A stretch of DNA of 64,000 bases from Octopus bimaculoides. Its lineage: Eukaryota. Every line of letters starts with the position of its first letter. Positions within the stretch are counted from its first letter, which is position 1. The translations under genes were made by a program, and so were the position numbers. The DNA is taken from NCBI RefSeq assembly GCF_001194135.2, contig NC_068982.1, forward strand, positions 107,773,874-107,837,873, given 5' to 3'. Below are positions 11,860-25,634 of the stretch, in pieces. The notes beneath the pieces are model-generated. The model was not told the origin of the DNA, ran no database searches, and saw only the letters and a program-made list of their open reading frames with translations.

Positions 11860-14750
11860 TAGTAGTAGTAGTTTGACCTCAGGGAAGGAGTTGTGGTCAT
11901 GGCCTTTATAGGCACTCCAAAATTGGTGAGATTGATGATGTTTATGTTCTACTTAATCTGTTGCAAGTCAATGATTGCAAAAAAAGAAATGATTAGATGC
12001 AATGGTCTGTATAGGCCCGAGGAGGTTGGACACAATATGGATAACAAGAGAAAGAAAAACAAATATGATGCCTAAGTGGAGCTGGCATGAGACCAGCTAA
12101 TTCCAAGGAGTGAAAACCATTGTCGTAGCAATAGCAAAGGTAGACAAGAGAAGACAGCATGGCCTCAGGCCAGAAGTATTTCTGAGTGATTTTATTGCAG
12201 TTGATCAAATGGCCTTTGTCTGGATGCAATCTACAATGTGTGTGAACGTAGCAGCAGCAGCAGCAGCCCAGATGTGCGAGTAGTAGTTCATTACCTGCTT
12301 CACCTGAGCATTATACGAGAGTATTTGAAGCAGACTGAAGTATTTTCTGTTCCTGAAGAGAAAAGCTAGTCTTTGAGATACAGTCTTTGCTATGTTGGGA
12401 TGTACATTCATTAGGAGAGAATTTCAGTGATTGTAAAGCCTTGCATTTGGAGTAATTGCAAGGGATCTAGTTTGACAATGCTAATATTAAAGGAGTTTGA
12501 GATGTCATAGTGTTTTTCTTCATAAACACAGCACTTTTTTTTTTGTCTGAAGAAAAAGACCCATTGGAGGATGTTTTGAAGGTTTCTATTGATGGAATTA
12601 CTGCAGGTTTGGTATGAGATACCCTTGTGGATGACACTTGGGTTAGGGAGGAATGAAAGGTAATATCATCTGCATAAGGGTAAGCATGATAAGAAGTGAC
12701 AACAATTAGATTGTTAGTGGAGAAGGGGGAAAAGTGTGGGGAATGAAACTGAATCTTGGGTCACAACAGAGTTGATACAGTGTAAGTCAAAGAGAGCTCC
12801 ATCTGTATGAGCTGTGATAGTGTGATCCAACAAAAAGCTCCAATACAAGAAATGAGGGACAGATGGAACTTAAAGAGATTCATGTGGCAAGAGGTTTGTG
12901 AAAGATTTACTGTTGATGTGGAGAGAAACAACACTTCTTTCACTAAATTTCTCAAAGGTGAGAGCCACTGGTGAGTAACATAGGAAAGTAGGTTTCCAGG
13001 AGATCTTCACAAAAACTATATGAAAGAGTCAAGGTGTCAGAGAACTTTGTCAATGGCCATCTTCATTACTTCTGTGATACTGGAAGTATAAGAAGATGAT
13101 AGTTGGCAGGATCAGGGAGATTGGGGGACACAGTAGCGTGCTACCAAAAAGTGGGCTATATCCTTTGGGAGAGATAAACTGAAGGGTGTGGCAAGTATAG
13201 GGGCTAACTCTGGGATGCCTCATATGATAATAAAGAGAAGGACATTATCAGGACCAGTGGCTTTGTTGGTCTGGAGCAACTGGAGGCACTTTTGAACTTC
13301 ACATGTATGTATAGTGGTGAGCTGGTAAGGTTGAAGGGGATATATTTCGAGATTTATTTAATCTTCAACAGAGAAAATTTATTTATGCTGTGTGAAGCTG
13401 GATGAAAATCAAGCAATGAAAGTGGAGCCTTTCTCTGTGGGAGTATTCTTCACAGGAATATCACAGTTGAGAAGTGGAGGAAAGGAGGCTTCTGCAAAGT
13501 TAAAAGACTCTTTTAGTCAGGAACAAACAAAAAGTATTGGCTGCAGTTTGGAAGGTGGGAGATCCTGAGAGTTGTGCAATGCAATGAGGCATTTTTTGTG
13601 GTTCAGAGATAAACTACAAAGTGTTCTAGTGAGAGCCATCCCGTTTATAAAAGTGGTTGATTTTCTTCAATCATTGCACACCATGTATTTTGTCTAAACT
13701 GCTACAGTGCAGCTGTGGGTGATACACTAGGGAGATTTGAAGCTGAATTTTTTTTTCATGTTTTACATATGAAGGGACATGCCTACAAAGAAGGGAGCAG
13801 CAGTCTACCTAACTGTTTCTGATGGGTTAGGGATAAAACACGTGCTATCAGGCAGAGTTACCACAGAATTAGTGGAGATCCAACCAGTTAGTTGGCTTGA
13901 AGTGCCATAAAATCTGATACTGGGGAAAAGGTATCATGTAGTATGTGGATGTGAGAGGTCAGTTGTAGTGATAAGGCAATAGTAGAATGACCCAATACAT
14001 ATAAAGACAGCTATGGTTGGTTGAGGTAGGGTTTGGAGATGTGAAAAAGCTCAAAGGTGTTTGAAACAACAGTATCAGTCAGGGATACATATAGATATTT
14101 TGGTATACAGAGTTGAAGATTGCAAAATAATTTGCCTCTGCAGGAGCAATATCAGTACAGGATAAATGTGGGACCCAAGAAATGCTGTGAGGAATGAAAT
14201 GAAACAGGTATTCTTGATGCAAAGAAGAGATATGACTGAAAAGTTGTCAAGAGCTCAGAGGAAGATAGAAGAAGCAGATATATTTAGAGCCATGAGTATG
14301 GAAGACTGAACAACAGTAACTGGAAATCTTTGTTGGTAACATCCAGGTGAGAAAGGTAGGTGACAGGGAGAGGGGAATTTACATGTGCACAGACAGATTT
14401 CACAGTGAAATTTGAGTAAAGATAGTAGCAAGGACAGCAGAACAGCCTATAGAGGTTGAGAGTTTGTGTTTGAGACATGTGGTTTGCATGACAGAAAAAA
14501 GTGATGTGCAGTCAAGGCTGAGTTGGAGTGCAGGAATGTTAGGAAAGAGAAAGGAGAATGTCAGTAGGTTTAATTTCAGATTTTCTTTTTATGTAGGGGA
14601 GTGTGGAGGGTATTGAGGTGTTGTGAGGTCACCTCATATTGGAAGCCTAATATGAATGCTAGCAAAACAGTGAACACGACTTGCATCTCCATGGATCAGG
14701 TGGTCAAGTTAACCGGGCAAAGTGATTTGCCTGCCACTCAACTAAAATGT
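11860..14750 (-). mobile_element. Long, heavily decayed CR1-like LINE (ORF2 relic)
   Basis: Collinear relic motifs on the minus strand: INSVVTQDSV (INSGVPQGSV-like, about 12755-12775), HAYPYADDI (YADD, about 12663-12688), HPNIAKTVSQRLAFLFRNRKYFS..YNAQVKQVMNYYSHIW (12205-12411) and SSLVYLCYCYDNGFHSLELAGLMPAPL; (ACT)n tail at about 11861-11872. Confidence 0.8.
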
Positions 14751-14973
14751 GAAGTAGTGCTCTACTACTAATATATGGGACACAGTTCTGGGAATAATTG
14801 TTACCACTAACAAAAAAAAAAGGATTACAAGTTGTCAAAATACGAGTATACCAACACCTTGTTACTCTTCTTCAATAATACAGTAAATTAATAATTAACC
14901 AATCTTTGAGTTCAACTGTCCAAGAAAATTTATGGTTCAAAAATATATGTAACCAAGAAAAACCTTTACTCAC

Positions 14974-15001
14974 GTGCATAGAATGGACTGATCTTCTCGA
15001 T
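14974..15001 (-). CDS. MYH10-like: Non-muscle myosin II heavy chain, 28-nt exon (D)REDQSILC(T)
   Basis: Minus strand reads ttttccacag|ATCGAGAAGATCAGTCCATTCTATGCAC|GTGAGT. Phases join the flanking exons to give [21 protein letters not shown]. Absent from the ORF track because it is short. Confidence 0.96.
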
Positions 15002-18000
15002 CTGTGGAAAAGAAAATTTCCATTTAATTTTTTGATACATTATACAAACACTCAAAATTATATACATTATGCAAGTAGAGAAAAAAATAGGAGCTTAAAT
15101 CATGATGAATGCAAAAAGAAAAACAGTATTATAAGTTTTGAGCATGAGATTAATTTCAAATACTAAGAAACTTTTTATATACAATGTCATTAATATGCTT
15201 AAAAAATCAATATTTTTTTAAGGTTAATAATTCTCTGATCAGCATTTAATATAATAAGTGTTAGGGTAAGACTAAGTTTAACAAATTGCTTATGTAGTCT
15301 GTCTAAAAAGGAATTTTCTTAATAACCACAGACACTGTTTTGAAGAACTACCAATATTTAATGAATCTGAGAATAATATTAGATAATTAAGATATAAACA
15401 AAACAAATATTTCTTAATAAAGGAAAAAAAACAATAATGACAAAAACTGTTTCAAATCATTAGTCAAATTCTCTGAAATACTAAGTTTGGGTAAGGAGAG
15501 TCCAGATAATTATCAGAAAATAGAGTATTAATATATAAATTATTATTTTAGTGGAAGGAAATCATTCCAACTGAATCAAGAAATCTGTTTTCATCAACTT
15601 TTCAAACTGCTGATACTATTTGTTGGCTGCAATTCTTAATAGAAATGTTCCCATTTTCCAGTGAGAGCAGGATTTGAGCTCCGAATGCAAACAGCTTGAA
15701 CAAATAGCACAAATTATCCTGTCTGGTGCTCTAACAATTCTGTCAATCTACTACTACTGGACTACTCTGGACTGATAATTTTTGTTTATTAACCTCAACA
15801 GGATGAAAACTGAAGTTGATCTCAGAAGTATTTGACCTCAGTACACAGAGAATCAGTAAATACCACAAAGCATACTATTCTACACTGCCAATTCACTATC
15901 TTACATTAACATATATAACTTGTGAAATAGTGAAGTTAATTCAACTGACTACTAACCATATATATATATANNNNNNNNNNATATATATATATATATAAAA
16001 CTTACTTTATACATACGAAAGAGATCAATACATAAAAAAAAATCAAATTAGTAATATTATACTAATTAAAAATAAAACATTTTACAAAGTATTAAATGTA
16101 GCTCTATATAATGTAAATAAAAAACTTTTATACATTTATTGACAATTTTGGCATCACCTACAACTCATTGCTTAACATCTTATTCACAAACACACACTCA
16201 CTGCAAAATTTTATCTCGTTTTACAAGTGACTCCTAATTACATACTAACTATGAACTACTAACAGACATGAATGGGATTCTGAAATGACACTTAACAGCA
16301 GCACTGGTAGTTGGTTTCAACTGCAAGTTTACAGAATTATATAATGCCTGTTCTCCAAAAATAACATCAGTGTCTACCTACCATTAGTCAACAAAATCAA
16401 GCAGCAAGTGAAGTCATCTACATATACTTATCTAAAGATGTAATTATTATTTAATCAGTATTGTCTCCAATTGTAAGTAATTTTATTTAACTAATCAAGA
16501 ACATTTTAGAATATTTCCTCTATCTGACAATAAAGAGTTATTTTATTTTTTCTTTGAAGTTGAGCTGAAGTTCTTTTTCTTAAAGTCAATACTATAATAG
16601 AGCTAAGTTATTAATAGCAAAGTGCTTGGTGGATAATAACTTTCAATCACAGATTTATCCATTAATTAGCATATTTAGCCCTAGGTCATCTCTGATCAAG
16701 CAGACCTAACCTCAAGGTATTCCAGCATTTACCATCTTTTTATGGGTGACTATATTGAATTACATTAAATAATGTATCTGCTTCTATAAAGACAATAGAG
16801 TATAATATGGAAATTTAGCTGACATTTCCAGCATGTCAAGAACCACATAAAGCCTCCCTTCTGGTTTCACCTATGAACTCTTTAGAAATATTGACAACTG
16901 TTACAAGAATTTAACTTGATGAAATGTTAAATTTGTCTGTGCAACAAACATTAAGTATAAAGCAATTAAATGAAATTACTAAATAATAAAATTATAACAT
17001 TAAATTAAATTCAGCAGAAAAACAAGAATATATGAAGTATGACAATTTATGATTTCTTTTATTATAACAACGGTTTCTGAGATTACAAAATACTATGAAA
17101 TATTGTATTCTATACATAATGAAACAGTATATTTCATACCTTACAGTATAAGACATATTTCATATATGAATATATGCATAAATTTAAGTTTTAAAAATTT
17201 TTGGTTCGAAATACTTGTTCACCAATATAAATTAGCATGTTCCAAAATTTATATTCAGATATAAGATGACTGACACCCAACCTACAGTTTTAAGGTGAGA
17301 CTTTTCTAGAGTTATATGCTAGAATGTCACTGAGTCATTATTGACTACTACTTAGCCTACAGATGAAAGAACTACACAGACTTAGAAAAGCTACCCAAGA
17401 GTGATTTCCAACACTGCTAGCTAATAAAAGAGCTGTTACAATGCACCTCTACTTGCAGCAATAAGCCATACTACCATATGATATCCTATTTAAACTAGGT
17501 GAAATTGGATTATTAAGAACTAACTTTGCTAGGGATGTCAGTGAAAAGATATGAAAAGTTTTCACTTCAAGCAATTTGGTCAATTATCATTATCATCATA
17601 TTATTAAGGTAGAAGGCAAATTTATTGTCTTGAAGGGCAATCCTAACAGTATAAAAGAATTCACTCAATTTATCCCCTATTAACTTATTCAGGTAGTAAA
17701 TTATGCTGTGATAATCTGAATTCTTAAGCATGAAAGAAACAAGGCTATGAAAACAGCCTTTATGAATAAATTACATTTTAAATAACTCAATATATAACTA
17801 ATCTTGTGCTTATTCCTCATACCCACCCAAGAAAATATGCAAGGTGTAACAGATAAAGCTGCTCCCACTTCTCTTTACAACTGAGAAAGGGACAAACACT
17901 TGATATTTTTGTTGTTATTAATATTCTCTTGTCGCAGTGTAACTGAAATATATACTGCCCTGCACTAGCTCTATGATAACTCATCTCTACCTTCATTAAC

Positions 18001-21000
18001 TAGTGTATTAGTTTCAGCTCCCAACAAATTCTCAGTACATCACTACTATAGCAACTGTAGAAATTGACAAGTGATGAGAGATGCATGTTATCTCAAATGA
18101 TAAATGTACAGCACATAACATTTCACTTATATAGACAAAAGTATTACTGCTTACTACAAAATCCAGAGGCTGCTAGATTTTCTACTTTCATAAATCACTT
18201 TTTTTTTTTTTGATACTTTCAATAGCCTTGCTTAACATTTTACTAATATGTACACGGCAGATAAGTAAAATGTTAAGGATCTATTTGTAGCAGCTCTTCT
18301 ACTCCTTCTATACTCTTTATATAGAAACAGAGACTTTCTAAATGTCTTTTTTGATCAGTGAACATTGATTCATTCATAGATTCTTGGGAAGTACTGGGAT
18401 GCTGAGGATTTAAAGCAGATCAGCTTCTTACTGATGAAACATATAAAAAAAAAATGATAAGTTCAAGACTGGAGAGGAATGGCTTGTAAAATTAGAAGTA
18501 ATGAGAAAAAACTGCTGCAGAACTACTAAGTTAATGATTATGATACTAACTAAAGTATAGCTATACATCATGAGTTATTACATCTCACAGAAAAGACTTC
18601 AACCATTGTGACATTCCATGTAATAAATTAGCAACTACAATACAAAGAGATAAGACTTGTAGATATTGTACAGCAATAAGACACCAATTGGTAATGGTAC
18701 ATAATAGAAGTTTAAATTATGAAGCTAATAGAAGAATAGGGAACTTGCATATTTTTTATTAAGGTAACCTACCAATATTATAGAATTGTGCAACTGTTAA
18801 ATAACTTCTCACTTTATTAGAAATAAATTGCAGGATGAGCAGCCAAAGTAATTATGGGAAAATAGTTTTTTTTTTCTCTCTTACAACTTTGCTACAAATA
18901 CTGCATGCCAACTGCATTCATTCAAGTTTTGTAACGATAGAGAGCTAACTAGCATAAAAATTACTATCAGTTTTTTCCCCACTTTTTAATTAACAATGTG
19001 TCCAATAGCAAAGAATTTTCAAAAAGGTCAGAATTAATAAAATATGCTCCCTATTGTAAGCTATGAATTTTTCACTCTTACCATAACTTAGTATATTATG
19101 GCATCTAATTTGTAAATATTTTTGTTAATTACTATTACATTAGTTAGCTAGGCTGATAAAATATTAAAACTGAGGAAGCAGCTACAGTCACAAGATTACT
19201 TTCCTGTTCACTGTTAATGATGTATAACAAAAATACTCTAAAAACATTCAAATGAATCAACAAGTGAAGTTAAATTTTCAAGCATGTAATTAATCTAGGC
19301 TCTACAAGGTTGTTTTGTATCAGTAGCAAAATAAACAAAGACAGTAAGGAAACTAAATACTAATTTTTAAAAGCATCCGCTGATGAATAAAGAACTACCA
19401 TATATTCATGATGGTGTTTCCATTGGTCACTAAAATAGTTTTTATGGCATTTTAAGCAAAAATAAGAAGCATACTATATGCTTCCAATTTTTGTTCAAAA
19501 TGTCATATAAAATTGTTTTATAAAATATGCACCCACATAAAAACTAATGTGAAACTGTTAAATAATGTAAACAGCTTAGTTCTATAGATATGCTAGTAAA
19601 AAAAACATAACTGACGCAAGAATTTTTCTTTCGACTCAAAATAGCCAAACAGGGGGCGCTTTGTATGTAGACAAGCCCAAATCAGTAGGAAATACTTTCT
19701 AGGGAAAGAAAAGAAAAACATGTAATTGGAGTAAGATTAATGTTTTCCTCCTTGTACTCTCATCTTCCTTTTCCCCTAGTGAAGGGATACTCTGTGTGTT
19801 TGGGTTAGATGGAAAAGGAAGAAGTTTTTGAAAAAGCAAAAAGAAAAAAAGTGTCTTCAAAATATCTCAAGAATGTCAAGCAGAAAGGACCATTTTTCTT
19901 CAGTGTATCTCACATTATCAGGAAGTGGCAGGCATTGCACTGTAAATTCTCCATTAGTCATTAAAAATAAAACTAATAAAAGTAAGATTAAGAAATTATT
20001 GTGTGACATATGTCAAAGTTCCCAGAAAGGTTTAAAGTGTGACAGACATTGCCATGCAGAGGAATCAACATTTTATTTATAACTTTTAACTATGACATAC
20101 TAATGAATGAGGTAATGTAGAAAAAGTAGAAACAACATAGTCAAACTCAAAATTCTAGCATGAGTATCATAAAACAAAAAATAGGATTTCTTGTCATTAC
20201 AGAGCTCATAAATGTACATAATCAAAATTTAGTATATGAAAGCAAATGAGTTTTTTTTTTTTCATTTTTTTTTTAATATAGATTGCAATATAATTCTGAT
20301 AGTGACTTATAAATCTATAATTAAACACTAAAATGTATTCCCAAGTGTGCTGATCTAGAGGTTAGCGTTTAAGTATCACACTCTTCCAACTAAGTATTTA
20401 GTTTGAAGACCATTCTCACAAGAAATACTAAGAGAACCAAAGGAAGTAATACGTTCTTTGAGTAAACACACACACAACACTGAAGATCTTAAAATAAAAC
20501 TCAACAACTACAAAAGAAAAAAAAATGAAATAAGATATTTTACATTTTTCTTTTGCGTATTAAATTTTTTATACGAATAAAAATTTTAGAACAAAACTTT
20601 GTGTGTTTTGGTTGTGAAATGACCAAAGAATATTCAAGACTTTACAGACAACTAAACCTAGTTTATTTCAGAGGTTTAAACAAATCCATTAACCAATATA
20701 ACAAAGGTTTTCCACTGACAAAAATGTATCTAGTATTCATCAGAAAATTAATCTTGAGAATAATAATCCTAACAAATTTCTAATTCAAACAGTAACAGTT
20801 AGGCATTTGCCTCTTATTGTAAAGATCTCAGAATTCAAAAATTTAACAATGAAATAACATTTTTTATTCAATGTTATCGATTCCGTTTTACAAATTCTTT
20901 AAACTACTCCTATTATTAACATAGGAGAAAATATGTATCACAGTACAAATGTCAAATTGTAAGTAAAATTAAATTTTGAATGCCAACTGCTAATTCAGGT

Positions 21001-21839
21001 TCAAAGAAAATGCCTAGAAGAAATTAGTATAATCTTGAAATTTTAAAAATAAGGTGGTGCTTTGGCATTTGGTTCAGAAAATATTTCATTATTTTGAGAC
21101 AATAGCAAAGCCAAGTAATTCTTTTTACAAATGGCTACATAGTTTATATTTTTGTATAGAGATGTCAAGAAAATAAGTCTAATATTACTTTCCATGCCAG
21201 ACTTCACTTAATTATCAGGTCCCAAATAATAGTTAAATTGTTAAATCAATGTCAAGACAAGAATGTCACTAAATTTCTTATATAAATTTTTACAGGATAT
21301 TCAAAGAATAATTTCTTGGGTAAGTGTTCTATAGGGGGTTAGAAGGGCTCTAGTAATGTCAAAGAGATAAGCATGATGTAGATCAACTTAAATGAGAACT
21401 ATGCACCATTATAGGGGTCTCAAATGAAACCCTGTGTAATTTAGGGTGTAAATAGTCAGGATTAATGAAATTGTTTTAGTTACTTTTAGTAAGATATTCT
21501 CAGATTTGTTTAACTTTATATGCAAACAAATTCTTATTTCTTTGGTTAAGTATGACACACTTTTAAAGCAATATGATAAATAAGCTATCAATTTTAACTC
21601 CACAGAGAAGTCCAGGTACATAAAATAGAAATGCAGAAGAAATCAAATAGGCTGCAATTGTTAGTGTTGGGTCCAAATGAAAGAACAGTTTAATAAGAGA
21701 CCAAAAAATTTTTAAAAAACAAGGTCTAACACTGATTCCAACAAGACTTGTATAAACATCATTTAACATGTACTCCTCTATGCTTGCATGGACCAAACAG
21801 TTTTTTGAGGCCTTCCTGTTGCAAATCCTCACTTGTTTC

Positions 21840-22110
21840 CAAGCAAGGTAATATTTCCCATGGCCAGATATGTCTTTCATGGAAAACTGGAAACATATTG
21901 CTTGTATAACAATGCTGCTCATTCTACAAGCAACATGTGATGTCAGGACAAAAACACACACACACACACATTTATTTATGAGAGGCTTCTTTCAACTTCC
22001 ATCTACCAAATCCACTCACAAGTCTTTGGTTGGCCTGGGGATATAGTAGAAGACAAAAGTGTCACACAACAGAACAGAACCAGAGACCAGGCTGCAAAGT
22101 AAGTTTCTTA
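21840..22110 (-). mobile_element. SINE family A/B copy (partial)
   Basis: ccatctaccaaatccactcacaagtctttggttggcc..ggatatagtagaagaca is the reverse complement of the shared head; (CA)n core at about 21954-21970. Confidence 0.6.
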
Positions 22111-22705
22111 ATTACAGACTTTTCCAAGCAATTCCAATCAAGCACAAACATTGCATAAAAGAACTAATTATCTATACGATGACTATTACTAATTACTTTA
22201 TGAATTAAGTTGCTTTGACCATAATAAAGTTAAGACTGTGATCAAAAGACAAATATGACATTTGTCAATTAGGGATGTTGTATACAGGGATTTAAAAGAA
22301 GGGACTCCAGGCTGACATCAAACAATACAAGGAGAATTTCATTGCTTGCTCAGAAGTTTCTTCCAGCACACAGATTTCCTCAAGATGGCTGTTTTAATTA
22401 TAGAAACAATTGATAATATACCATTTTTTTTTTCTGCTAAGAAAGGACATGGTCCTGAATATGATAAAATTTGAACTTTATAGGAAACGTGTGAACTGCA
22501 AGACATTTTGAAACTTTTGTACAGTTGAAGATTATGGAAGTGTTTTGTCAAGATTTAAAATATTAATAAATCAATATTTCCAGTTCTCCAAGGTCAATAC
22601 CTACTAACATACTTGGATAAGTGGTCAAACTGGACTATATTTTATGCTCAATTGATTATTCCCCAGCCACAGGTAAGTTTACTCAATAATAGTTGCGACT
22701 ATCCA

Positions 22706-23175
22706 ACAAGAGAGAGAGGAGAGAGAGAAAGGGAAGAAAGGGGGAAAGAGGGGAGAGGGAGGGAGGAGAGAAAGGAGAGGAAGGGGAGAGAGAGGTAAGA
22801 GAAAAGGAGAGAGGGGGAAGAGAAGAGGAGAGGGAGAAGAGGAGAGAGAGAGGAAGAGAAGAGGGGAGAGAGAGGAAGAGAAGAGGGGAGAGAGAGGAAG
22901 AGAAGAGGGGAGAGAGGAAAAGAAGAGGAGAGAGAGGAAAAGAGAGAGAGAGAGGAAGAGGAGAGAGAGGAGAGAGAGAGAGGAGAGAGAGAGAGAGGAA
23001 GAGAAGAGAGAGAGAAGAGAGAGGGAGGAGAGAGAAAGAGAAGAGAGAGGAAGAGAGAAAGAGAAGAGAGAGGAAGAGAGAAAGAGAAGAGAGAGGAAGA
23101 GAGAGAGAGAGAAAGAGAGAAAGAGAAGAGAGAGAGGAAGAGGAGAGAAAGGAAGAAGAGAGAAAGGAAGGGGGA

Positions 23176-23227
<52 letters not shown>

Positions 23228-23236
23228 GAGAGAAGA
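22706..23236 (+). repeat. About 530-bp polypurine (GA-rich) complex microsatellite
   Basis: Almost entirely A/G, with degenerate agagagaggaagagaagagggg units ending in pure (GA)n. Source of the spurious RE-rich and SL-rich ORFs. Confidence 0.95.
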
Positions 23237-23588
23237 AAAGTAGGCCATTTAAATAATTTTATAAATTCAATACAAATTGATTAGTGATATCTACAATGTA
23301 AAAAGGATATTGAATTGTAACCATGTCGACACACAAGACACTAATGAGATTCATTGAGGTATTAACTTAAGTCAAAATGTTTCATTCTAAAAATGATTGG
23401 TAAAAAAGCAAAAGGGGAGAAAATAATACAAAAAAAAATAAGAATGAGTGAGAAAAGTAACCAGAAACATTAGGTAAGATGTGTGGAAAAACTGAAAATA
23501 AAGAAAAACAGATTATACACCCTCTGTATTGTTTCAGTTGGAACTAGCGCTAATATGCTATCTGAAATATATATACATATATATATAA

Positions 23589-24387
23589 AGTGCCACACCC
23601 TAACAGTTGCGGGAACCCGTGGAAGAGGTAGGCCCAGGAAGACCTGGGCTGAGGCAAGACCTTCGAAAATTGGGCCTCACCAAGGTGATGACTTCTGACT
23701 GAGACCTTTGGAAATATGCTGTGCGTGAGAAGACCTGGCAAGCCAAGTGAGACCTAAATCCAAGGCCTCTGCCAGGGGTGTAGCCAGCCCACTTATGCGT
23801 ACCTTTCCTTCTTTGGACACTAAACTCCGCTTGCGAAGACCTGTTGAGGCAAGTGAAATCAAAACCGAACTAAATTTGATGACTGGCACCCATGCCAACG
23901 TTGTCTCCTTCATTGGACACGAAACTCAGCTTGCGAAGACTTATTGGGGCAAGCGAAAGTGAAATCGGGATGGCACCTGTGCCCAGCGTCGCCTTTCTGA
24001 CACTTGTGCCCGTGGCATGTGTAATGGACTTTTGAGCGAGATCGTTGCCAGCACCCCTGGACTAGCTCTTGTGCGGGTGGCACATAAAATACACCATTTG
24101 AGCGTGGCCGTTGCCAGTACCGCCTGACTGCCCTTCGTGCGGGTAGCACGTAAAAGCACCCACTACACTCTCAGAGTGGTTGGCGTTAGGAAGGGCATCC
24201 AGCTGTAGAAACTCTGCCAAATCAGATTGGAGCCTGGTGTAGCCATCCGGTTTCACCAGTCCTCAGTCAAATCNNNNNNNNNNGAGCCTGGTGTAGCCAT
24301 CCGGTTTCACCAGTCCTCAGTCAAATCGTCCACCGCATGCTAGCATGGAAAGCGGACGCTAAACGATGATGATGATGATGATGATGA
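23589..24387 (+). mobile_element. 5'-truncated RTE LINE: ORF C-terminus, 3' UTR and (GAT)n tail
   Basis: KCHTLTVAGTRGRGRPRKTWAE (RTE ORF C-terminal motif) followed by a modular 3' UTR and aaacgatgatgatgatgatgatgat. The 10-N gap at 24274-24283 is flanked by a duplicated segment of about 40 nt. Confidence 0.85.
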
Positions 24388-25189
24388 TATTATATGCCAC
24401 TTCCACAGACCACCTGCCACTTACCTCAACTTTGAATTTTGCCTGTGCTAATTGAAAACCATTACTTAACCAAATCATCACAACACACTTTCAACATAGT
24501 TTCTATTCAAATTCAATTGCTTTATATTTTGAAACAATCTCCCTATCTTTCTAGCCTTTTTAAACTGATAACTGTAGTTCTCAAACACTCATGCTAAGAA
24601 AACATCAGAAACTACCAACACACATACACTCAAATGTAAGTTTGCAATACTTATACACACCCAATGAAATTATATTTTCCCTTCAAAACTGCTGGCTTTT
24701 TATGTAAATCAGAAACTATTTCTAATACAGGCACAAAAGTCATAAATTTAGGAGAGTTTATAGTTATCTACGTTGATCTAAATACATAATTAGAATTTAA
24801 TTCATTGATCATAGAAGGATGAAAGTCTAAGGTAACACCATCAGGGTTTAAACTTTGGAATATCTGCCTATGAGAAAAAGTGAGCTCTTGAGACTTGTCT
24901 TTCACTATAGAAAAGTTTCTGAGAAAATAATTTTCCCATAAGCAGTGTAAATATTTTTTTCACTTAAAGTACCCCAAGCAAGACCTATAAGTTATTCTGG
25001 AGCAAAGGGTTAGGGAAAGGAAGACAATGCCACAAAAACTATACTAACTTACCTATTTAAGATGGTAAATAAAATATCAAAACAAAAGATAAGTTATATG
25101 ATATAAAAAAATATGGGAAACAGGATGACAATAAAGGAGCTAATAAAATGAAATAGAATTATATGCAAATAAAAGAAACAATAAAAATA

Positions 25190-25378
25190 TTAACCCTTTG
25201 TGGGCCAGTGGGGTCCCTTGGTACCCCAGAAGTTATGCAATTTTTACATTTTTTATTTAAATGATTTTATATCTCATGATTTTTATTGTCAATAGTTTAT
25301 TTAGGCACATACAAATTTTGAGTATGGATGCTATAGTATAAAATATGGTAATTGAGGTCCAACTGGACCCCATTGGCC
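25190..25378. mobile_element. piggyBac-like MITE with truncated right terminus
   Basis: TTAA+CCCTTT left end; subterminal inverted repeat ggccagtggggtcccttggtacccca (25203-25228) against tgaggtccaactggaccccattggcc (25353-25378). Confidence 0.55.
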
Positions 25379-25634
25379 TTCTGTGAAATTTTTTTTTGTT
25401 CTTTTTTCAGATATTCTGTCAATTTTCTTCGCATTTGTACTGATATGAATCAATGTACTTTTTTCTTTTTGTTTTATTTTATATTTAGTGCTATATGTAT
25501 AGTTGATAAAACTATAAAAAAAAAGTGCTAAATTTCTTATTCTGTATCCATGCACTCACACATATATACAAGATTAAACAAATATTCAATAATAAATCTG
25601 AGCGAGATGTAAACAGTAGCAACACAATATTGTT

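Noticed and set aside
22679-23256. 187-aa RE-rich and 189-aa SL-rich ORFs
   Set aside because: Translations of a GA microsatellite with no splice or homology support.
24231-24325. About 40-nt duplication around a 10-N gap in the RTE tail
   Set aside because: Assembly overlap artefact.
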